From Atribacterota bacterium (GTDB taxonomy: Bacteria > Atribacterota > Phoenicimicrobiia > Phoenicimicrobiales > Phoenicimicrobiaceae), in assembly GCA_038203565.1 (NCBI GenBank), contig JBBRDV010000021.1, positions 1-20,564 on the forward strand: DNA of 20,564 nucleotides. Direction: 5' to 3'. Below the pieces are notes generated by a model. It ran no database searches and was not told the origin of the DNA. It saw nothing but the letters and a program-made list of their open reading frames with translations. This document shows positions 8,822 to 17,336 of the stretch, in pieces (position 1 is the first letter of the stretch; every line of letters begins with the position of its first letter). Position numbers and translations under genes: made by a program.

Positions 8822-8886
8822 TTCTACAAGGGAGTAGAATAAGCGGCAAAGAAGCCTAATTATTTCAACCAGGCCAAAGAAGTCCT
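8822..8886 (+). promoter_or_regulatory. ANTAR-binding RNA motif: three hexaloop hairpins
   Basis: TTCTAC-AAGGGA-GTAGAA (8822-8839); GGC-AAAGAA-GCC (8845-8856); AGGCC-AAAGAA-GTCCT (8871-8886, one mismatch). All loops are 6 nt with A1 and G4 and are closed by C-G. Confidence 0.85.
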
Positions 8887-8924
8887 TTTTTGACAATGTT
8901 TGTCTTAAAGGGGCTTCTTTTTTT
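8876..8924 (+). terminator. Intrinsic terminator in the gdh leader, overlapping the third ANTAR hairpin
   Basis: AAGAAGTCCTTT (8877-8888) pairs with AAAGGGGCTTCTT (8907-8919); inner stem GACAA/TTGTC; T-run to 8924. Confidence 0.85.
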
Positions 8925-8980
8925 ATAAGTAAGCCTTCGTATTGAAGTAACAAAGAGAAAACAGGAGGAGGGATTGGTTT

Positions 8981-10321
8981 ATGGTAATTAAAAAAATTAA
9001 TTCAGGAGGAAGATTAACAATGACAAATCAAATAGATACTTTTGAAATGTTACAAATACAGTTAGAAAAAGATGTTAATAAAATAAATGCTTTTGAAGTA
9101 GCTCAGCTGCAGTTAGAAAAAGCTGCTTCTATAATGAATTTAGATCCTAATATTTTGATCCAACTCAAAGAACCAGAGAGAGTTTTAATGGTCTCTATTC
9201 CGGTAAAGATGGATAATGGAGCGGTGAAAGTATTTACCGGTTTTAGAGTACAATATAATACTGCTCGAGGACCGGCAAAAGGTGGAGTAAGATATCATCC
9301 TGATGTTAGTTTGGATGAAGTGAAAGCTCTTTCTGCTTGGATGACCTGGAAGTGTGCTGTTGCGGGAATTCCTTATGGTGGTTCCAAGGGAGGGATAATT
9401 TGTAATCCAAAAGAACTGTCAGATGGGGAATTAGAAAGAATTTCCCGAAGATATATCTATGAGATTTCATCTGTTATCGGCCCGAGAAAAGATATTCCTG
9501 CTCCTGATGTTTATACTACCCCCAAGATTATGGGTTGGTATATAGATACCTATAATAAACTTACTGGAGAGGAAAGTTTTTCCACTATAACCGGGAAGCC
9601 TTTAGAATTATGGGGTTCAGAGGGTAGAAAAGAAGCTACTGCTCGCGGTTTATCTTATACGGTAGAACTCGCTGCAAAAAAGCTAAATATTAATCCCTTA
9701 GAGGCCACAGTAGTAATTCAAGGGTATGGGAATGCCGGTTCAATCTCTGCTAAATTACTTCATGAACAGGGATATAAAATTATCGCGGTTAGTGATTCTA
9801 AAGGTGGAGCTTATAATCCTCAAGGGATTGATCCATCAGAAATGTTAGATTATAAAACTAAAACAAGTACGGTTAAAGGTTTTCCGAAAGCAGAATTCAT
9901 TTCCAATAAAGATTTATTAGAAATAGAATGCGATGTTTTAGTACCGGCAGCTTTGGAAGGAGTAATAACTGAGAAAAACGCGAATAATATAAAAGCAAAA
10001 ATAATAGCTGAAGCCGCAAATGGACCTACCACTCCGAGAGCAGATGAAATATTATATCAGAGAGGAGTTTTTATGATTCCCGATATTTTAGCTAACGCTG
10101 GTGGTGTTACTGTATCTTATTTTGAATGGGTACAAGGTCTTTATGGCTATTTCTGGGATGAAGAAAGGGTAAATCGAAGATTAAAAAAGCTAATGGTAAA
10201 GGCATTTAATGAAGTATTAAAGCTTGCTCAAAGAGAGAAAATAGATAATCGAACTGCAGCATACATATATGCTGTATCACAGGTAGCGGAAGCAATGAAG
10301 GTCCGAGGAATCTGGCCTTAA
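8981..10321 (+). CDS. gdhA: Glutamate dehydrogenase (Glu/Leu/Phe/Val dehydrogenase family)
   Basis: [78 protein letters not shown] second possible start, ATG 9020, has its own AGGAGG. Confidence 0.96.
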   Translation: MVIKKINSGGRLTMTNQIDTFEMLQIQLEKDVNKINAFEVAQLQLEKAASIMNLDPNILIQLKEPERVLMVSIPVKMDNGAVKVFTGFRVQYNTARGPAKGGVRYHPDVSLDEVKALSAWMTWKCAVAGIPYGGSKGGIICNPKELSDGELERISRRYIYEISSVIGPRKDIPAPDVYTTPKIMGWYIDTYNKLTGEESFSTITGKPLELWGSEGRKEATARGLSYTVELAAKKLNINPLEATVVIQGYGNAGSISAKLLHEQGYKIIAVSDSKGGAYNPQGIDPSEMLDYKTKTSTVKGFPKAEFISNKDLLEIECDVLVPAALEGVITEKNANNIKAKIIAEAANGPTTPRADEILYQRGVFMIPDILANAGGVTVSYFEWVQGLYGYFWDEERVNRRLKKLMVKAFNEVLKLAQREKIDNRTAAYIYAVSQVAEAMKVRGIWP

Positions 10322-10381
10322 ATTTTTTAGCTTAATCTATTTATTAAGCAAAGTCTAATCAGGCTAAAGGAGGATGAACAG

Positions 10382-11797
10382 ATGGCGACAGTAGAGTTTA
10401 GTGAACGTACCAATCTTATAGAGCAGGCTGTATATAAATATAGTCTTCAGGATGTAGCAGAACCAAATCTTTTCCGGGAGATAATGCCCTACAAAGAGAT
10501 TCCTAAGGTAACTTTCAATCATAGACATGTTCCTATGGTTGTCCCTAATGAAATCTGGATTACTGATACAACCTTTAGGGATGGGCAGCAGTCTCGGTCT
10601 CCTTATACGACGGACCAGATATTGAGAATTTTCGATTTTCTTCATGAACTTGATAATGAATCTGGGGTAATAAGACAGACAGAATTTTTTATCTATTCTA
10701 AAAGAGATAGGAAAGCCGTAGAAAAATGTCTGAGTAAAGGATACTTATTTCCTGAAGTGACAACCTGGATAAGGGCTAAGGAAGAGGATTTTAAGTTAGT
10801 TAAAGAGATGGGCATAAAAGAGACAGGGATATTGGTCCCTTGTTCTGATTATCATATATTTAAAAAGCTTAATCTTAGTCGGAAACAGGCAATAGAAATG
10901 TATATTTCTATTGTGAAATTAGCCCTGGAGAATGGGATAATTCCCAGGTGTCATTTTGAAGACATTACCAGGGCAGATTTTTATGGTTTTGTTGTTCCGT
11001 TTGCGAATGAACTTATGATACTTTCCAGACAAACGAAAATGCCTATCAAGATAAGGGCTTGTGATACTTTAGGGTTAGGTGTTTCTTACCCGGGAGCAGC
11101 TTTACCGCGATGTGTGCAAGGTATTATATATGGACTTAGACATTATGCTGAGGTACCTTCAGAATGGATCGAGTGGCATGGTCATAATGATTTTTATAAA
11201 GTTGTAACCAATTCTACTACAGCCTGGCTTTATGGTGCCTCAGCCGTGAATACCTCTATTTTAGGAATAGGTGAAAGAACGGGAAATTGCCCTCTGGAAG
11301 CAATGGTTATTGAATATGCTCAACTTAGAGGGACGACAAAAAATATGAAATTGGAAGTCATAACTGAGATAGCTAATTATTTCGAGAGGGAAATTAAATA
11401 TCAAATACCGTCTCGAACTCCTTTTGTGGGGGATGCTTTTAATAAAACCAGAGCAGGAATTCATGCGGATGGAATATTAAAGGATGAAGAAATTTATAAT
11501 ATATTTGATACAGAAAGGATATTGAATAGACCTGTGCTAGTTACAGTTGATTCGCATTCAGGGCTGGCCGGGATTGCTTTTTGGATGAATAAATATTTTA
11601 AATTAGAAGGGGAAAGAAGAATAAACAAAAGAGATCCGATGGTTTTAAAGTTAAAGGAATACATTGACAAAGAATATGTAAAAGGTAGGGTAACTAGTTT
11701 TAGTGATGAAGAACTGGAATCTTTAATAACTTTCTCCATTGAAGGAAGAGGACAGAGTAAGGGCGAAACGCCCGGTTTCGATTTATCTAACCCTTAG
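10382..11797 (+). CDS. Re-citrate synthase (DRE-TIM metallolyase / isopropylmalate synthase-like family)
   Basis: IWITDTTFRDGQQSRSPY, RQTEFF, PRCHFEDITRAD, metal motif HGHND, GIGERTGN and AGIHADG, as in clostridial/Syntrophus Re-citrate synthases. No LeuA regulatory domain; adjacent to aconitase and IDH. Confidence 0.82.
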   Translation: MATVEFSERTNLIEQAVYKYSLQDVAEPNLFREIMPYKEIPKVTFNHRHVPMVVPNEIWITDTTFRDGQQSRSPYTTDQILRIFDFLHELDNESGVIRQTEFFIYSKRDRKAVEKCLSKGYLFPEVTTWIRAKEEDFKLVKEMGIKETGILVPCSDYHIFKKLNLSRKQAIEMYISIVKLALENGIIPRCHFEDITRADFYGFVVPFANELMILSRQTKMPIKIRACDTLGLGVSYPGAALPRCVQGIIYGLRHYAEVPSEWIEWHGHNDFYKVVTNSTTAWLYGASAVNTSILGIGERTGNCPLEAMVIEYAQLRGTTKNMKLEVITEIANYFEREIKYQIPSRTPFVGDAFNKTRAGIHADGILKDEEIYNIFDTERILNRPVLVTVDSHSGLAGIAFWMNKYFKLEGERRINKRDPMVLKLKEYIDKEYVKGRVTSFSDEELESLITFSIEGRGQSKGETPGFDLSNP

Positions 11798-11830
11798 GGG
11801 GATTGGGTCGGATAAATCCCGCCCCCTATA
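11774..11830. repeat. Inverted pair of REP-like palindromes
   Basis: GATTTATCTAACCC (11780-11793) matches the reverse complement of GGGTCGGATAAATC (11805-11818) at 12/14. The second unit ends CCCCCTATA, resembling the CCCCTAC end of the 6733-6757 element. Confidence 0.55.
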
Positions 11831-11893
11831 TAATTAAAAGCAATAGTATATTAGAAAGATAGTTTTGAATTTTGAATTTAGGAGGTTTTTAAG

Positions 11894-13834
11894 TTGCAAT
11901 TAACGGTTGCCCAAAAGATAATTAGTGAACATTTGGTAAGCGGGAAGATGATTTCAGGAGAAGAAATAATAATAAGTATTGATCAGACTCTTACTCAGGA
12001 TGCTACCGGAACGATGGCCTATCTTGAATTTGAAGCATTAGGAGTTGACAGGGTAAAGACAAAAAAGTCTGTAGCGTATGTTGACCATAATACTCTCCAA
12101 ACCGGGCCTGAAAATGCTGATGATCATCTTTATATCCAGACGGTGGCGAAGAAGTATGGGATATATTATTCAAAACCAGGTAATGGCATATGTCATCAGG
12201 TTCATTTAGAAAGGTTTGCAATTCCAGGACAGACGCTTTTAGGCTCTGACAGTCACACTCCCACCGCTGGTGGCATGGGAATGCTGGCTATAGGGGCAGG
12301 AGGGGTTGATATAGCTGTAGCTATGGCAAACGGAGAATATTGTATTGCAATGCCCAGGATATTAAAAGTTAATCTTATAGGTGAATTGAATCCTTGGGTT
12401 TCGGCAAAAGACATTATACTCGAACTTTTAAGAAGAGTAACTGTTAAGGGTGGAGTTGGTAAGATATTTGAGTATGCTGGTGATGGTATTAAGAACTTAT
12501 CTGTCCCTCAAAGGGCAACAATCACTAATATGGGGGCTGAACTGGGGGCGACGACTTCTATATTTCCGAGTGATGAAATTACCTTTAGTTTTTTAAAAGC
12601 TCAAAAAAGAGAGAAGGATTTTTTTGAAATGAAAGCTGATGATGGGGCAATTTATGATGAAGAATTAGAGATAAATCTTTCCCAAATAGAACCTCTGGCA
12701 GCTTGTCCTCATAGCCCGGATAAGGTAGTGCCTGTATCCTCTTTAAAAGGAATTAAGGTTAACCAGGTAGTTATAGGAAGCTGTACGAATTCCTCTTATA
12801 GTGATTTGGTAAGGGTAGCAAAAATTCTCGAAGGTAAAACCATAGCAGAACATATTTCTTTAGCAATAGCGCCAGGATCAAAACAGGTTTTATCTATGCT
12901 TGCTCAAAATGGAGTTTTGGCAGCGTTAATTATATCAGGAGCAAGAATTCTTGAATGTGCCTGTGGTCCCTGTATTGGCATGGGACAATCTCCGCCAACA
13001 AATAGCGTGTCTTTAAGAACTTTTAATCGGAATTTTAAGGGGAGATCAGGTACGCTCTCGGCAAAAATTTATTTAGTAAGTCCCGAAGTTGCTGCAGTGT
13101 CAGCAATTACCGGTTATTTTACTGACCCAAGAGAATTCGGATTAGAAGATTATAGTGAAATTAAAATGCCTAAAACATTTTTAGTTAATGATAATATAAT
13201 TTTAACACCGGTTAATAATTACGAAGAGGTCGAAATAATAAGAGGACCTAACATAAAACCGTTTCCGTTAAGTGAACCCTTGAGCCCAGAGGTTCAAGGA
13301 AAAGTTCTAACAAAAGTAGGGGATAACATCACGACAGATGATATAATGCCTTCAAATGCAAAACTTCTTCCTTTCAGATCAAATATACCTTATCTTTCTA
13401 ATTATTGTTTAACTCCTTGTGATAAAGATTTTCCGAGGAAAGCAAGAGAAAACAGAGGTGGCTTTATTATTGGGGGTATAAATTATGGGCAAGGATCAAG
13501 TCGAGAACATGCTGCTCTTGTCCCTCTGTATTTGGGAATAAAAGCTGTTTTGGCAAAATCATTTGCGAGGATACATCAGGCAAATCTTATAAATAATGGA
13601 ATAATGCCTTTGGTATTTGAAAATCCAGAAGATTATGATGATATAGAAGAAGTAGACGAACTTTTAATAGAAGATGCTATTTCCCAGGTCAAGAGCAGAA
13701 CGATTAAGCTTAAAAATTTAACCAAGGGCAAAGTATATAAGATGATTTTAGATATTACTCTCCGACAGAGAGAGATGATAATTCAGGGAGGACTTTTAAA
13801 TCTAATAAGATTTAAAGGAAAGGGAAAGGAATAA
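11894..13834 (+). CDS. acn: Aconitate hydratase (short, ~650-aa type)
   Basis: TQDATGT, YVDHN, GICHQVH, GSDSHT, Fe-S cysteines IGSCTN and CGPCIG, FNRNF, NITTD and NYGQGSSREHA; TTG start after AGGAGG. Confidence 0.93.
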   Translation: MQLTVAQKIISEHLVSGKMISGEEIIISIDQTLTQDATGTMAYLEFEALGVDRVKTKKSVAYVDHNTLQTGPENADDHLYIQTVAKKYGIYYSKPGNGICHQVHLERFAIPGQTLLGSDSHTPTAGGMGMLAIGAGGVDIAVAMANGEYCIAMPRILKVNLIGELNPWVSAKDIILELLRRVTVKGGVGKIFEYAGDGIKNLSVPQRATITNMGAELGATTSIFPSDEITFSFLKAQKREKDFFEMKADDGAIYDEELEINLSQIEPLAACPHSPDKVVPVSSLKGIKVNQVVIGSCTNSSYSDLVRVAKILEGKTIAEHISLAIAPGSKQVLSMLAQNGVLAALIISGARILECACGPCIGMGQSPPTNSVSLRTFNRNFKGRSGTLSAKIYLVSPEVAAVSAITGYFTDPREFGLEDYSEIKMPKTFLVNDNIILTPVNNYEEVEIIRGPNIKPFPLSEPLSPEVQGKVLTKVGDNITTDDIMPSNAKLLPFRSNIPYLSNYCLTPCDKDFPRKARENRGGFIIGGINYGQGSSREHAALVPLYLGIKAVLAKSFARIHQANLINNGIMPLVFENPEDYDDIEEVDELLIEDAISQVKSRTIKLKNLTKGKVYKMILDITLRQREMIIQGGLLNLIRFKGKGKE

Positions 13835-13858
13835 TTACATTGGCAGGAGGTAACTTAA

Positions 13859-14854
13859 TTGACTTATAATATTACCTTAATTCCGGGGGATGGAATTGGC
13901 CCACAAGTAACAGAAGCTGCAAAAATGGTTTTGGAGGCTAGTGGAGTAGAAATTAATTGGGAAATTGTGGAAGCTGGTGAAAAAGTTATTGAAAAATATG
14001 GTACACCCCTTCCTGATTATGTAATAGATAGTATCAAAAGAAATAGGGTGGCATTAAAAGGACCGGTTACAACACCTGTAGGTACAGGTTTTAGAAGTAT
14101 TAATGTAGCGCTAAGAAAAACTTTAAACCTTTATGCCAATGTAAGACCTGTAAAGTCCTATAAGGGCGTACCATCAAGATATGAGGATATTGATTTGGTA
14201 ATAGTTCGAGAAAATACCGAGGATTTATATTCTGGAGTAGAGCATATGGTAGGAGAAGATGCTGCTGAGAGCATAAAAATAATAACCAGGAAAGCGAGTG
14301 AAAGGATTGCAAAATTTGCCTTTGAGTTAGCCAGAAAAGAAGAAAGAAGAAAAGTTACAGCAGTTCACAAGGCAAATATAATGAAATGTACAGACGGACT
14401 TTTCTTAGATTGTGTTAGAAAAGTGTCTCAAGAATACCCCGAGATAATTTTTGAAGACGTGATAGTTGATGCAATGAGTATGAAGTTGGTTCAAATACCT
14501 CAAGATTATGAGGTTTTAGTTATGCCAAATCTTTATGGAGACATACTTTCTGATTTGGCAGCAGGATTAGTTGGGGGCTTAGGGGTAGTGCCAGGAGCCA
14601 ACATAGGAGATAGAGAGGTTGTATTTGAACCAGCACATGGATCAGCTCCTGAATTAAGTTCGAATATAGCTAATCCAACAGCAACAATACTTTCCGGGAC
14701 AATGATGTTAAGGTATTTAGGAGAGAGAGGAGCTGCAGACAGGGTGGAAAAAGCTGTCGAAAAAGTATTAAAAGAGGGCAAAAAAACAACTAAAGATCTT
14801 GGAGGAAATTTAGGAACATTAGAGTATACCCAGGCAATTATAGATATTTTATAA
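13859..14854 (+). CDS. icd: Isocitrate dehydrogenase (isocitrate/isopropylmalate dehydrogenase family)
   Basis: [17 protein letters not shown] and RSINVALR (the IDH-type S-x-N-x-x-x-R rather than the IPMDH pattern), [31 protein letters not shown]. Follows aconitase; TTG start after AGGAGG. Confidence 0.85.
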   Translation: MTYNITLIPGDGIGPQVTEAAKMVLEASGVEINWEIVEAGEKVIEKYGTPLPDYVIDSIKRNRVALKGPVTTPVGTGFRSINVALRKTLNLYANVRPVKSYKGVPSRYEDIDLVIVRENTEDLYSGVEHMVGEDAAESIKIITRKASERIAKFAFELARKEERRKVTAVHKANIMKCTDGLFLDCVRKVSQEYPEIIFEDVIVDAMSMKLVQIPQDYEVLVMPNLYGDILSDLAAGLVGGLGVVPGANIGDREVVFEPAHGSAPELSSNIANPTATILSGTMMLRYLGERGAADRVEKAVEKVLKEGKKTTKDLGGNLGTLEYTQAIIDIL

Positions 14855-14877
14855 ATAAAAATATTGCATCTGGCTTC

Positions 14878-14906
14878 TTGCCTAATGTTATTTTTTAGTA
14901 TACTAT
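14878..14906 (+). promoter_or_regulatory. Possible promoter for ilvD
   Basis: TTGCCT (14878-14883), 17 bp spacer, TACTAT (14901-14906). Confidence 0.4.
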
Positions 14907-15008
14907 AGTTCTTAGTAATGCAACGTGGATGTATTGCTTAACCAATAATCGATTTATCTATCGAAAGCTTATTAATTAAGATAAAAAATGAAAAGTAGGT
15001 GAAGAATT

Positions 15009-16670
15009 ATGCGTAGCGATGTAATAAAAAAAGGTGTAGCCAGGGCTCCTCATCGTTCCTTACTTAAAGCATTAGGAATTACTGATGAAGAAATGAACAA
15101 ACCCTTTATCGGTGTTGCTCAGGCAGCTAATGAAATTATTCCCGGACACCTTCATTTGAAAAATATTGCTCAGGCAGCAAAAGATGGAATAAGAATGGCA
15201 GGTGGAGTCCCCTTTGAATTTTCAACTATAGGAGTGTGTGATGGGCTGGCTATGAATCATGAAGGAATGAAATATTCTTTGCCGAGCAGAGAGTTGATAG
15301 CAGACTCTATTGAAATTATGGCCAAAGCCCATGCCTTTGATGCCTTAGTGCTTGTCCCTAATTGTGATAAAATAGTTCCGGGAATGATTATGGGTGCCCT
15401 AAGGGTGAATATACCGACTATTTTGATAAGTGGCGGACCTATGTTAGCAGGATTTTACCAAGGAAAAAATATTGCTCTGAGCAATGTCTTTGAAGCAGTA
15501 GGAAAGTTTCAAACAGATTCTATAAGTGAGCAAGAATTAAAAGAAGTAGAAGATTATGCTTGTCCGGGAATTGGTTCATGTGCCGGCCTGTATACCGCTA
15601 ATTCTATGAATATTTGGGCAGAAGCTGCAGGTATAGCTCTCCCCGGTAATGGAACTATTCCAGCTGTAGATGCCCGAAGGATAAGGTTAGCAAAACATAC
15701 TGGAATGAGAATTATGGAATTGTTAAAAAAAGAGGTTAAATTTTTAGATATTATTACTAAAAAGGCTATAGAGAATGCGATCGCTGTGGAAATGGCCTTG
15801 GGAGGTTCCTCTAATACCATGCTTCATTCTTTAGCGATTGCCTTTGAAGCAGGTATTCCTTTTGACATAGATGATTTTAACCGAATAAGGGAACAAGTTT
15901 CGCAATTGTGTAGCCTTTCTCCTGCCGGAGAGCACCATATTCAAGATTTAGATAGAGCAGGAGGTATTTCCGCTTTACTTAAGGAGCTGAGTAGGAAGAA
16001 GATTATTCATTTAGGAGAAATGACCGTAACCGGCAAAAACGTCGGTCAGAATATTGAAAATGCCCAAATATTGGATCATAAAGTCATCAGAACCATAGAA
16101 GAGGCCTATAATCCTAAAGGGGGAATTGTCTTCTTAAAAGGTAATCTGGCTCCTCAAGGTGCAGTAGTAAAAAGTTCGGCAGTTCATCCGGATATGCTCG
16201 AACATTGTGGTCCTGCTAGAGTATTTGATTCCGAAGAAGAAAGTACTAAAGCAATTTTGGAAGGTAAGATTAAAAAAGGAGATGTTATAGTAATCCGTTA
16301 TGAAGGTCCTAAGGGCGGTCCAGGAATGAGGGAGATGTTAACTCCTACATCGGCCATCTTTGGTATGGGATTGGATAAAGATGTAGCTTTGATTACCGAT
16401 GGACGTTTTTCTGGAGCTACCCGAGGAGCATCTATCGGTCATGTTGCCCCTGAGGCAGCTGCAGGAGGACCAATAGCTATTGTTAGAGAAGGAGATATTA
16501 TTAAAATCGATATACCTCAAAAAAGGTTGGACCTTAAGATAGACGAGGAAGAGATAAAACAAAGATTAGATAAATTAAAATTACCTTCTTCTACAAGAAA
16601 ATCAGGTTATCTAAAATATTATGCTAATTTTGTAGGGCCCGCTGACAAAGGAGCAGTAAGAAATATTTAA
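15009..16670 (+). CDS. ilvD: Dihydroxy-acid dehydratase
   Basis: [74 protein letters not shown] and TDGRFSG. Confidence 0.97.
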   Translation: MRSDVIKKGVARAPHRSLLKALGITDEEMNKPFIGVAQAANEIIPGHLHLKNIAQAAKDGIRMAGGVPFEFSTIGVCDGLAMNHEGMKYSLPSRELIADSIEIMAKAHAFDALVLVPNCDKIVPGMIMGALRVNIPTILISGGPMLAGFYQGKNIALSNVFEAVGKFQTDSISEQELKEVEDYACPGIGSCAGLYTANSMNIWAEAAGIALPGNGTIPAVDARRIRLAKHTGMRIMELLKKEVKFLDIITKKAIENAIAVEMALGGSSNTMLHSLAIAFEAGIPFDIDDFNRIREQVSQLCSLSPAGEHHIQDLDRAGGISALLKELSRKKIIHLGEMTVTGKNVGQNIENAQILDHKVIRTIEEAYNPKGGIVFLKGNLAPQGAVVKSSAVHPDMLEHCGPARVFDSEEESTKAILEGKIKKGDVIVIRYEGPKGGPGMREMLTPTSAIFGMGLDKDVALITDGRFSGATRGASIGHVAPEAAAGGPIAIVREGDIIKIDIPQKRLDLKIDEEEIKQRLDKLKLPSSTRKSGYLKYYANFVGPADKGAVRNI

Positions 16671-16741
16671 ACTTTTGGGTATTGGCGGTTTTTTATCTAT
16701 AAACTTGCCAGATAAAATATAAAAAAATTTTTAAACTCCGC

Positions 16742-16770
16742 TTGACATTTAAGATTAATTGTTGTATTCT
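16742..16770 (+). promoter_or_regulatory. Sigma70/SigA-type promoter of the ilvBNC leader
   Basis: TTGACA (16742-16747), 17 bp spacer, TATTCT (16765-16770). Confidence 0.7.
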
Positions 16771-16794
16771 ATTTTTTAATAAACAAAAATTGTA

Positions 16795-17082
16795 AACAAT
16801 GAAGGAATAAGTAGGCAGACAGAGATTGTTAAAGAGAGCCAATGGTTGGTGCGAATTGGTAACATAACTTTGCCGAAGATCTCACCTTCAAATATTTTAT
16901 ACACAGGTGAAATTACCTAGTAACCTGTGACGCCTCAAAGGCGTTATCTATTGTCTACCAATTAAGGATAAAGGTAAGGAAGGTTCACCCCTTCTTTTCT
17001 TTATTAAATTAGGGTGGTACCACGAATAACTTTCGTCCCTATTTTAGTCTTTATAGATTAAGATAAAGATGGAAGTTTTTTT
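16795..17082 (+). ncRNA. T-box riboswitch, specifier CUC (Leu), with transcription terminator
   Basis: Stem I GAAGG/CCTTC with AGTA motif, AGAGAG bulge and GGTGCGAA distal loop; specifier loop GAAGAT-CTC-A (16881-16883); stem II CACAGGT...AGTAACCTGTG; T-box AATTAGGGTGGTACCACG (17007-17024); antiterminator partner CGTCCCT; terminator 17028-17082. Confidence 0.95.
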
Positions 17083-17089
17083 ATTTTTC

Positions 17090-17213
17090 GGGAGTATGCC
17101 TAGGGTTCCGTCTAATCAATTAAGCTTAGAGCCTGGACCGAGTGGCATAAAATACTAATATCACAGTATTAGTATTACACCGTGGGTAAAAAAGACCCCA
17201 GCGGATAGGTCCC
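17090..17213 (+). ncRNA. ykkC subtype 2a (ppGpp) riboswitch in tandem after the T-box
   Basis: GGGAGTATGCCTAGGGTTCCG...CTGGACCGAGTGGCATA...ACACCGTGGGT-AAAAAAG-ACCC-CAGCGG-ATAGG-TCCC; P0 helix GGGA/TCCC. A17200 occupies the position that is G in PRPP aptamers. The ilv context is canonical for ppGpp riboswitches. Confidence 0.92.
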
Positions 17214-17258
17214 TTTTGTTTTAACTAACGAAATGGGTTTATTTGCTGGGGTATTTTT
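17195..17258 (+). terminator. Intrinsic terminator (expression platform of riboswitch 2)
   Basis: ACCCCAGCGGATAGGTCCC (17195-17213) pairs with GGGTTTATTTGCTGGGGT (17235-17252), followed by ATTTTT; overlaps the aptamer 3' end. Confidence 0.8.
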
Positions 17259-17336
17259 ATATATAAAAACAAAAGTAAGATTTTTAAATTATCTGCCAAT
17301 TTGTACCACAAATTATAGGAAAAGGAGATGAGCCAT

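Noticed and set aside
10382..14854. leuA / leuCD / leuB or homocitrate-pathway assignment
   Set aside because: The single-chain aconitase, IDH-type S-x-N substrate motif, Re-citrate synthase-like motifs and linkage to gdh favour the citrate-to-glutamate route.
16683..16712. Terminator after ilvD (TGGCGGTTT...AAACTTGCCA)
   Set aside because: Imperfect stem with no following T-run on the + strand; too weak to call.
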